A stretch of DNA of 64,000 nt from NCBI GenBank assembly GCA_045651005.1, contig JAZRRS010000006.1, forward strand, positions 84,366 through 148,365, in the 5' to 3' direction. This stretch comes from Faecousia sp. (GTDB lineage: Bacteria > Bacillota > Clostridia > Oscillospirales > Oscillospiraceae). Shown here one piece after another: positions 49,007 to 57,900 of the stretch. Position 1 is the first letter of the stretch; each line of letters begins with the position of its first letter. The notes beneath the pieces are model-generated. The model searched no databases, was not told the origin of the DNA, and worked only from the letters and a program-made list of their open reading frames with translations. The position numbers were made by a program, and so were the translations under genes.

Positions 49007-49534
49007 ATGAAGAAATTACTTTGTTTTCTTTTGACACTTTTACTTTTTCTTACAGCTTGCAGTGCTCAAACGCCCACCGCCACAATAGAAAATACCATAA
49101 ACACAGAGGATGTAACAACCACAGGTTATCTCCCCTTGGATTTACTGGGCATGACTCCTGCACAGCTTATAGAGCTATTTGGCCCAAATTATCGGGAAGT
49201 CGTTCCGGAGGGCGATCCGCCCTATTTCTGTTTTGACGAAAAATCCCCCTATCATTTCTGTGGCAGTATAGATGATCCGCAAATCACCTATATTCAAGCG
49301 AAGGAAGACGGCAGCGGTGTTTTCCCCGGGCTGTGTATCGGCGATAGCTTGGCAGCTCTGGAAAGCTGGGCAAGCGAAAACCAGGAACTTACCTACACGC
49401 CTGCGGATGCTTGGTATGAGGGTACCAACGGTGAATACGGTTGGGTATTTCTCATTGGCAACGGCTATCACTATAGTTTCTATATTGAAAACAATGTCAT
49501 TCGTTCTTTTGAGTGCTGGTTAGAAATTTCATAA
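49007..49534 (+). CDS. Hypothetical lipoprotein
   Basis: MKKLL...LTAC lipobox; GAGGTG RBS; terminator at about 49541-49577. Confidence 0.75.
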   Translation: MKKLLCFLLTLLLFLTACSAQTPTATIENTINTEDVTTTGYLPLDLLGMTPAQLIELFGPNYREVVPEGDPPYFCFDEKSPYHFCGSIDDPQITYIQAKEDGSGVFPGLCIGDSLAALESWASENQELTYTPADAWYEGTNGEYGWVFLIGNGYHYSFYIENNVIRSFECWLEIS

Positions 49535-49608
49535 CGACATAAAGTGCGTGCTGCATACATTGCAACACGCACTTTTTCGTTTTGCTGCTGTTTTGAAAAT
49601 CTATCCTC

Positions 49609-50529
49609 TTATTTTTCGCCAATCGCCGTTGACTTATTCGGTCTTGTGACTTCACGGATACCCACCAAAATCAGTACTGCACCTAAAAACAAAGGCAGAT
49701 TCATCGGCTCTCCCATAAACACAACACCTGCAACAGTGGAGCAAAGTGTGGAAAGAGATCCAAAGGACGCTAATTTAAACACGGACATTTTTCCGGCAGC
49801 ATAATTCACCAAAAGATTGGCTGTAATGGAGCAAAACAATCCCAGTCCAAAAACAGAAAGTGAATAGTCCCAGTGAAGCAACGGTGCGGCATAGACAGAC
49901 AAATCCCAACCTACACTCTTCAACCCAACGAAGGTAAAGAACGTGCCGGAACATGCCAGAATCATAAATGTGCGCTGAAAAGCGCTAAACTCCAAAGCAG
50001 CTTTCCTGTTTGCTGTTTTGTAAAAGGCAGAGATCAACATCGTTATCAACAGAAACAAGATGCCCAGCGGCTTAATGACACCCAGCTCCTGGCCGGATAC
50101 GGTCATAATAATCACACCAGCTACCGGCATAATGCAAAACAGTGCTTGACGCCATGTGGGGTATTCCTTCAAGAACAGTGCGCCTGTGATAATGGTAGCC
50201 ACCGGCACCACCGCCAACACAAGTCCGGCAATGACAGAGTTGGTGTAAAGAATGCCATAAGTCTCAAAGATATAGTAGCTGACCTGCATCACCATCAGTA
50301 TCACAACAGGCCGCCAGTTTTTGCCTTTAAAGGACAACTTCTCCTTACCTGTAAGTAGAAATAGGGACATAAAAAGCGTCGCCAAAAGAAAGCGATGGGA
50401 TAGCATTACATTAGGGTTAGGAGCATATGCAAGGCCAACCTTTATCAGCAAAAAGCTGAGACCCCAAAAAACATTACCCAAAGCAGCACAAAACGCAGCC
50501 GCAGAAAACTTAGCTTTTATACGAAACAC
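49609..50529 (-). CDS. EamA/DMT family transporter
   Basis: FWGLSF, HRFLLA, ALFLKE, VFMGE; ten TM helices. Confidence 0.88.
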   Translation of the reverse strand: MFRIKAKFSAAAFCAALGNVFWGLSFLLIKVGLAYAPNPNVMLSHRFLLATLFMSLFLLTGKEKLSFKGKNWRPVVILMVMQVSYYIFETYGILYTNSVIAGLVLAVVPVATIITGALFLKEYPTWRQALFCIMPVAGVIIMTVSGQELGVIKPLGILFLLITMLISAFYKTANRKAALEFSAFQRTFMILACSGTFFTFVGLKSVGWDLSVYAAPLLHWDYSLSVFGLGLFCSITANLLVNYAAGKMSVFKLASFGSLSTLCSTVAGVVFMGEPMNLPLFLGAVLILVGIREVTRPNKSTAIGEK

Positions 50530-50586
50530 CCCCGAAAGATTTTCCTTGCAACACTAGCAGACACCGAAAATGGTACTATGTATCGA

Positions 50587-50665
50587 GACAAAGGGACGGT
50601 TCTGCTGTCCCCCTATCACTTTGAGCGGAGCAGACTAGAGGACAGGAGAACCGTCCCCTGTCTTC
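50587..50665. repeat. Inverted doublet of REP-like hairpins at the left border of the RHS island
   Basis: GGGACGGTTCT (50593-50603) and AGAACCGTCCC (50647-50657), each enclosed by a GACA/TGTC stem. Confidence 0.75.
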
Positions 50666-51248
50666 TTCCTTACCCTTCTCCACATACTTTATCAGCCGAT
50701 CTGCAAGATCGTAACAATATGTGGTTGTAATACCTGTGACAGAATCCTTTACCGTTGCCAAATTACCACTGTTATCGTAGGTATAGGAATAGGTATCTCC
50801 GTCTTCATAAGACTGGCCTGTCACACGTCCCTTATCATCGTAAGTATAGTGTACACTATCTCCATTGCCATAGTCAAGCGCGGAAAGATAATTATTTCGA
50901 TCATTTGTGTAGTTATAGGTTGCCAAGGTACGGCTGCCGATGCTGACTCCGGTACGAAGACCAAATTTACCATAGTCAAAGCTGTAGGTAGTGGTAGGCG
51001 TAGCAATGGCAGTCAGCCGGTCATCTGCATAGGTATAGGTTGCGCTGAGCCCCAGTCCTGTATCTGTTTCACAGGCGGCAGTTGCCATACGGTACATGCT
51101 GTCATAGGTATACTCCGTACGGGTGGCTTCTGTATCCTCCGGGTACTGCACCCAATCCAGCACATTGGTTTGGGCATTGTAGCCGTAGGTGGTAGTCTTT
51201 CCCAAGGCATCGGTAGTGGATACCAGCCGGTTACCGTCAGAGGAATAG
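50666..51248 (-). pseudogene. Truncated orphan RHS/YD-repeat fragment (no C-terminal toxin)
   Basis: YSSDGNRLVSTT...YVEKG is closely similar to the other two RHS copies; both ends run into hairpin repeats; no RBS. Confidence 0.85.
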
Positions 51249-51424
51249 CACAAAGGGGGCGGAAAACCGCCCCCTTTTGCCCTTTGTTGGATAGCACACA
51301 GAACCGTCCCCTGTGCTAGAACTTTGTTGGATAGCACACAGAACCGTCCCCTGTGCTAGAACCGTCCCCTGTGCTAACAGAACCGTCCCCTGTGCTAAGC
51401 ACATAGAACCGTCCCCTGTGCTAA
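51246..51424. repeat. Junction hairpin plus five copies of AGAACCGTCCCCTGTGCTA
   Basis: AAAGGGGGCGG-AAAA-CCGCCCCCTTT hairpin; 19-mers starting at 51300, 51340, 51358, 51379 and 51405. Confidence 0.92.
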
Positions 51425-51456
51425 GCATCGTACTCTATAGCATTGACATCATAATT

Positions 51457-51792
51457 TTAGTGCTTTTGCAGTAACATTTTTGCTGAAAAACAGATTGTCG
51501 AATCATCCGAAACATCAATTATTTTTTTCAATGCAAGAATGGCTTGGTCAACTAGAATTTCCGCCTGCAAACAGAAAGAAGCTGCGTTAACTTTTACTCT
51601 ATCATCTTCGTGATTAAGTAGCAGATACAATACATCATCATTCACATTCTGCTTCATTTCATCTTGCAACTTTTTCAGCTTTTTAAAAGCTTCATTGTGT
51701 TTTTTAACTTTCAGTTTATTCGCATAGTCATTTTTAGTACACTGCTGTAATGATAACTCTATAAATAAATTATAATAATCTTTCATATACAC
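51457..51792 (-). CDS. Putative immunity protein (DUF2019/HEAT-like)
   Basis: Immediately downstream of the orphan toxin, AT-rich, GAGGTG RBS; LLLNHEDDRVKVNAASFCL. Confidence 0.75.
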   Translation of the reverse strand: MYMKDYYNLFIELSLQQCTKNDYANKLKVKKHNEAFKKLKKLQDEMKQNVNDDVLYLLLNHEDDRVKVNAASFCLQAEILVDQAILALKKIIDVSDDSTICFSAKMLLQKH

Positions 51793-51795
51793 ACC

Positions 51796-54231
51796 TCACA
51801 TAAACATTTTAATAACGTTAATACCAAATTCATACTGTGCATTAAAACTTTGTCCAGCGAGCCAATTTCGTACAATCATTCCATTCGTAAAAGGCTGTAC
51901 ACTAGAATAGTAGCCACTTATTGCTCGGTGTGTCGTTTTGCTAATAGACATAATATTATTGGTGTTTTGAATCATCTGTGGGCTAAAACCTGACTTTGCA
52001 ATTTGGCTTTGCTCTACAATATGATGCCATTCATTTCCTGCTCCTGGCGAGCCTATTTCATTTTTTAATTGTCTGTAGGTATCAAAGCCTTTTCCTGCTG
52101 AAGTTGCTCCAGAATTATAGCTTAATCCGCCTGTTATTCCGCCTGTTATGGCACCACTAATTGCTCCAGATAATGCACCATTAGCCATACCGTTTAAAGC
52201 AGCTTCGCCAGCCCCGCTCCAACTACCAGTTGATATTCGATGGCTAATTGCACCACCTGCCGCACCGGTGGCGGCACCAACAGCAAATCCTATTGCGGCG
52301 CCTTTTGCAGCTCCTACAGCAACGGCAGCTATTGCTGTTCCTGCACCTGCAGTTGCTACCGTCACTACAGCCGCAACCGCAACAACTGCGACAACAGCTA
52401 CAGCAACAACAAGTTTAGTTGCCCATTTTGGCCAATTTCCAGTAGGATCATCCATATTGACAGGATTATTCATACAATACGCGAACATATTGTATCCCAA
52501 TATTTCGCCACCAACACCAGAAACCTGATTATCCGCATTTATAAATCTACCAATTTCCGGATCGTAGTATCTTGTACCTGTTAGATAGAATCCCGTCTCG
52601 GTATCGTAGACATATCCCCGGTAGGTCAGGGGGTTCAGCTGTCCCAGGGTGTCAGCCATAGAGCCGGTGGTGGACAGCTCATTGCCCCAGGCATCGTAGG
52701 TGTAGTTTACGACCTGCGCGCGGCTGGTGTTTATGATGGTTACCACATCACCCTGAATATTGGTGATGTAATAATACAGTTCGCCGTTATAATTTACCGT
52801 TAAGGGTGTGCCGCTGGCATCATAGGTAAACTTGAGCGTATCGTTGCCAACCGTCATTAGGCTAAGCTGACTGCCGTTGTAGATGTAGCTGTAGGTGGTT
52901 GTTCCGTCGGTACGGCTTGTGCGCATACCGTCAGCGTTATAGGTATAACTCCAGGTGGTGTCACCATCGGTCATACTTGCCAGCTGCCGTCCGTGCTGCC
53001 AATCGTATATCCAAGTGCCATCGGTCAAGGGGTTGCCAATTTCGTCATATTCAATTGTGTTGCCGTCGTAGGCGGTCAGCAAATCTCCCCAGTCGCTGTC
53101 ACCGTAGCTGTAGGTTATGGTATCTGTGGATGTGCCCAATTCGCCTGTGGTATAGCTGTATTCCTTACGGTTTTGGATGTTACCGGCGTTGTCGTATTCC
53201 CAAGTGTGGGTATAGCCGCCTGCCTGGTTGTTCTCCCGGATCAGCTGATTGGCACTGTCATAGACATAGCTTGTGGTATTCGTGCCATTGGAAACACTTG
53301 TGATGTTGCCGTTATCATCGTAGGTGTAAGTGTAAGTAAAATTGTAGCCGCCATAGACCGTATTTACGGTATGGATCTGACCGGACAACTTATTGCTCTC
53401 CGGGCTGGTAAAGGTGTACTTATCATACTGGATTGCCGCACCGTTATGCCATAATGCCTGCTGGCTCAGCCGCCCGTAGTTATCATAGGTATAGTACCGG
53501 GTGGTGACGCCGGTGCTTTCATTGGTTAGCCGGTTGTCATCATCGTAGGTGTAAGCAGTGGCATACTCTACACTATTGACAGTCTCTACCTGTTTGGTCA
53601 GGTTGTTGATGTCGTCGTATTCGTAACCGACACTGTGAGAATAATCTGTTCCGCTTTCTACATACTTCATCAACCGATCTGCAAGATCGTAATAATATGT
53701 GGTTGTAATACCTGTGACAGAATCCTTTACCGTTGCCAAATTACCACTGTTATCGTAGGTATAGGAATAGGTATCTCCGTCTTCATAGGTCTGCCCCGTT
53801 ACACGCCCCTTGCTGTCATATTCATATTGTACACTATTTCCGTTGCCATAGTCAAGAGCGGAAAGATAGTTATTTCGATCATTTGTGTAGTTATAGGTTG
53901 CTAAGCTACAGTTTCCGATACGGACACCGGTACGCAGACCAAATTTACCATAGTCAAAGCTGTAGGTAGTGGTAGGCGTAGCAATGGCAGTCAACAGGTC
54001 ATCTGTATAGGTATAGGCTGCGCTGAGCTCCAACCCTGTATCTGTTTCACAGGCAGCGGTTGCCATACGGTACATATTGTCATAGGTATACTCCGTGCGG
54101 GTGTCTTCTGTATCCTCCGGGTACTGCACCCAATCCAGCACATTGGTTTGGGCATTGTAGCCGTAGGTGGTCACCTTGCCCATTGCGTTGGTGGTGGAGA
54201 CAAGCCGGTTACCGTCAGAGGAATAGCACAA
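51796..54231 (-). CDS. Orphan RHS core plus C-terminal HNH-like nuclease toxin (WHHIVEQ motif); probably silent
   Basis: YD repeats, YRGYVYDTETG, RYYDPEIGRFINAD, NNPVNMDDPTG; Ala/Gly hydrophobic segment; no signal peptide and no RBS at the TTG start. Confidence 0.85.
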   Translation of the reverse strand: MCYSSDGNRLVSTTNAMGKVTTYGYNAQTNVLDWVQYPEDTEDTRTEYTYDNMYRMATAACETDTGLELSAAYTYTDDLLTAIATPTTTYSFDYGKFGLRTGVRIGNCSLATYNYTNDRNNYLSALDYGNGNSVQYEYDSKGRVTGQTYEDGDTYSYTYDNSGNLATVKDSVTGITTTYYYDLADRLMKYVESGTDYSHSVGYEYDDINNLTKQVETVNSVEYATAYTYDDDNRLTNESTGVTTRYYTYDNYGRLSQQALWHNGAAIQYDKYTFTSPESNKLSGQIHTVNTVYGGYNFTYTYTYDDNGNITSVSNGTNTTSYVYDSANQLIRENNQAGGYTHTWEYDNAGNIQNRKEYSYTTGELGTSTDTITYSYGDSDWGDLLTAYDGNTIEYDEIGNPLTDGTWIYDWQHGRQLASMTDGDTTWSYTYNADGMRTSRTDGTTTYSYIYNGSQLSLMTVGNDTLKFTYDASGTPLTVNYNGELYYYITNIQGDVVTIINTSRAQVVNYTYDAWGNELSTTGSMADTLGQLNPLTYRGYVYDTETGFYLTGTRYYDPEIGRFINADNQVSGVGGEILGYNMFAYCMNNPVNMDDPTGNWPKWATKLVVAVAVVAVVAVAAVVTVATAGAGTAIAAVAVGAAKGAAIGFAVGAATGAAGGAISHRISTGSWSGAGEAALNGMANGALSGAISGAITGGITGGLSYNSGATSAGKGFDTYRQLKNEIGSPGAGNEWHHIVEQSQIAKSGFSPQMIQNTNNIMSISKTTHRAISGYYSSVQPFTNGMIVRNWLAGQSFNAQYEFGINVIKMFM

Positions 54232-54416
54232 AGGGGGCGGAAAACCGCCCCCTTTTGCCCTTTGTTAGCTAGCACACAGAACCGTCCCCTGTGCTATGGT
54301 TTTTTCAAGACGGTTACCGTCAGAGGAATAGAACAAAGGGGACGGAAAACCGCCCCCTTGCCCTTTGTTGGTTAGCACACAGAACCGTCCCCTGTGCTAC
54401 CCTGTCTTGTGTGCTA
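54224..54416. repeat. Two tandem junction units (hairpin plus TAGCACACAGAACCGTCCCCTGTGCTA) with a 21-bp RHS remnant between them
   Basis: Units at about 54224-54297 and 54329-54399; CGGTTACCGTCAGAGGAATAG at 54311-54331. Confidence 0.9.
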
Positions 54417-54996
54417 TGTTATACTCAAGCGTAAATACGAATTCTTCGAAACTATCATTGACAGGATTTTTACACCGGTAACGAATTTTATTATTTGCTA
54501 AGGACTCACTAAGCATTGCATAGCCGGGATCTCCAACACAGGAATTTTTGCGAATTATTAATTTCTGCCTTTCATCAAAATAATCACATTCATAGCTTAT
54601 CCCGATTAGCCCAAGATTTGATTGATATGCAAATTCCACTTCATTATGTTTTGCATCAACCAGCACACCTAACATTTTAACCATTTTTTTTGACACCGCA
54701 TTACCATTATAGTCGGCTAGATATCCATTTGTAACAATTGTACCCTTTCCTCCAGGCACAGTAATAACTGGAATAATTCTATCTGAATAAGTTAGTTTTT
54801 CTACTTTAACGCAAACGACATAATTCACATTCGGTTGTAGCTGAACTATGTCTGTGTTGATGTATGGATAGCCTAACATCCGATTAATGATGCGATGTGT
54901 TGCAAGCCACAAACGTTCCTCAGGAAGAAGTTTACCTCCGTTGCGTACAATCGATAGCAGTTCTCTCCTATATTCTATTTCCTCTTCATAATTCAT
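54397..54996 (-). CDS. Putative immunity protein of the full-length RHS toxin (family not recognised)
   Basis: Starts 3 nt after the rhs stop; AT-rich; its TAG stop lies within the repeat. Confidence 0.72.
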   Translation of the reverse strand: MNYEEEIEYRRELLSIVRNGGKLLPEERLWLATHRIINRMLGYPYINTDIVQLQPNVNYVVCVKVEKLTYSDRIIPVITVPGGKGTIVTNGYLADYNGNAVSKKMVKMLGVLVDAKHNEVEFAYQSNLGLIGISYECDYFDERQKLIIRKNSCVGDPGYAMLSESLANNKIRYRCKNPVNDSFEEFVFTLEYNIAHKTG

Positions 54997-54999
54997 ATA

Positions 55000-57900
55000 T
55001 CAGTCTCCATAATGAATAAACCTGTGTTGTGATTGTGTCAATGGTTCAAAGACAAAGAAATTTTTCCCATTTCTTCCAAGAGGATGGTGAAGTTCCATCG
55101 AAAAACCATCTTCTCCAATTGGTGCAAGTCCCTTTTTTAAGCGATCCAAATCATCGAGATAACGATCAGGATTAAAATAGGCCTCATTCTTCCAGTAGCG
55201 TTGACGTACCGTTGTCCAGCTTGGTATATTTCCTGCTTTAGTAAGGTTAGTTATGTCATCGCCTACGTGCCATCCAACCTTTACAGTATCTACGGTATCA
55301 TCAAAATTACCAATCACTTTAGCCGTGTCGTGGATGTTGTCAATTGCTTTAGCTGCATCAACAACATCATCGGCTTTTGTTAAAAACTTAACTATAACGC
55401 CGCCAGCGGCTATACAAGGGAGAATCAGCGATGCTACATCCGCAACAACCCCTAGCCAAGCCATTGGATCGTCAGGATTTCCAACAACGTCACCTATGCT
55501 GACGCAAAGCGATATGACATCCAATACCGTTTCCCAGTAGTACCCGCCAATATCAGCACGAGAAGCAGGGCTGTTGCCGCAATAAGCAAACATATTATTG
55601 CCAACAAATCCCTGACCGGTAGATGTAACGCTATCCGCATTAATGAACCTACCCATCTCCGGGTTATAGTATCTGCTTTGGAGATAGTAGAGCCCTGTCT
55701 CGGTGTCGTAGACATACCCTCTATAACGCAGAGGATTCGCCTTGCCCAGCTTGTCTGCCATTCGGCCGGCGGTGGAAATGATATTGCCCCAGGCATCGTA
55801 GGTATATTCCACTACGGTATTGCCAAGGCTGGTGACCAGTGCTACCACATCGCCCTGCAGGTTGGTTACATAGAAGTAGATGCTGTCCTTGTAGATGACG
55901 CTCATAGGCGTACCGTCTGCAGCGTAGCTAAACCGCATAGGGTCACCGTCTATGGACATATACACCAAACTGCTGCCGTCATAAACGTATTCATAGTCGG
56001 TTTCACCGTCGGTACGCTTTGTACGCAGTCCGTCAGCATTGTAGGTATGTGTCCACGTTGTACCGTCCTTGGACATAGATGCAAGCTGTCTGCCGTGCTT
56101 CCATGTAAAGCTCCAGCCGTCTATGCATTCCGGGTTACCGATTTCGTCATAGGTAATTGTCTCGCCGTCATAGGATGTCAGCAGATCGCCCCATGCACCG
56201 TCTTCGTCATATCCGTAAGTAACGGTATCCGTGGGGATCACGTCATCATCAATATTTTCGGTGGTATAGGCGTATACCTTTTTGCTTAGGATGTTACCGG
56301 CGTTGTCATATTGCCAAGTGTAGGTGAAGTTACCGGCTTCATTATTCTCCCGGATCAGCTGGTTGGCGCTGTCGTAGACATAGCTTGTTGTCTTTGTGCC
56401 GTCCGAGATCGTCAGAATATTGCCATTGTCATCATAGGTATAGCTATAGGTTTTGCCATAGGGCGTATCCGCGCCTGTAGTGACATTTTGAATAGCGGTT
56501 ACCTGTGCCCCAGCGGTGGTTTCCGTATCCGCAAAGGTATAGCTGGTGGTCAGAACCGGCTCGTCCTTATGGCTGGTTACAGCAGAGGTGACTCTGTTCA
56601 GTCCGTCGTAGGTGTAGTCACGCTGGGTGTATGCCTTTCTGACGGATTCCAGTCTATCGTTAGCATCGTAGGTATACCGGGTGCCACGGTCATAGCCATC
56701 GATCAGCTCCAGCACATAGGTCAGTTTGTTGTCTGTATAGGAATATTTCAGACTGTAATCGTGATCTACACCTTTTTCCTCGTACAGGCGCAGTCTGCCC
56801 TCTAAGTCATAGGTATAGGTAGTGGTAATGCCGGTGGCAGAATCAGTCATTTCCGTCCAGAAGCCGCTTTCGTCATACTTCCAGCTGACAGATTCTCCAT
56901 CCTCGTAGGTCTGACTTACGATCCTGCCCTTATCATCATAAGTATAGTCTACACTATCTCCATTGCCGTAGTCAAGGGAGGAAAGGTAATTATTTCGGTC
57001 GTTTGTGTAGCTATAGGAAGCCAGAGTTTGGTCACCAATGCTTACCTCGGTGCGCAGACCGAATTTGCCGTAAGTCATACTGTAGGTGGTAGTTGGCGTG
57101 GTAATGGCTGTCAGCCGGTCATCTTCGTATGTATAAGCGGCAGACAAGGCAAGGTTTGTGTCCGTTTCGCAGGCGGCAGTTGCCATACGGTACATACTGT
57201 CATAGGTGTACTCCGTGCGGGTGTCTTCTGTATCCTCCGGGTACTGCACCCAATCCAGCACATTGGTTTGAGCATTGTAGCCGTAGGTGGTCACCTTGCC
57301 CATTGCGTTGGTGGTGGAGACAAGCCGGTTACCGTCAGAGGAATAGACAGCCGTACTGGTTGTGGTCTTTCCACCGCTGGTTACAGATACCGCGGTGTTA
57401 TTACCATAGGTATCGTAAGTGAAATTATAAGTAATATTCGCCTTGTCGGTGGCTGTTATGACATTATGGTAATTGTCATAGGTATAGGTCATCTCCGTTG
57501 TGCCGTCGATGATCTCCTTGGTCAGATTGTTGGCAGTATATTCATACTCATACTTTTTACTGTCCTGATCCACGACGCTGACCACTTTGCCATCATTATC
57601 GTAGGTATAGCAGTCACCGAATTCATCCCGGAACATCTGGATTCCGTCAAAGTAGGCTGTATTTACATTATAGCTATAATCCAATGTGACGGTGATGGAG
57701 GAGAAATCCTTTTTGGCAACTACCGCAGTTGCGGTATACTGCCAAAGATCACAATCGGAATTGAGTTTTGCCACAAAGGGATCCGAGGTCGTACCATCGG
57801 AATAGTTGAACACCGCATTAATGGAGAATTCCCGTTTCGGTGCGGTTTCACTATGGATGCCTTCTGCCTGTGTGTTGGCCACTGCGTTGCCCTTCGCCCA

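Noticed and set aside
51300-51424. Possible CRISPR array
   Set aside because: Repeats are only 19 bp, gaps are 0-21 nt and partly repeat-derived, and there are no cas genes or leader.
50576-57346. Diversity-generating retroelement explaining the near-identical RHS segments
   Set aside because: No reverse transcriptase in the window, and the repeats are paralogous RHS cores rather than a template/variable repeat pair.
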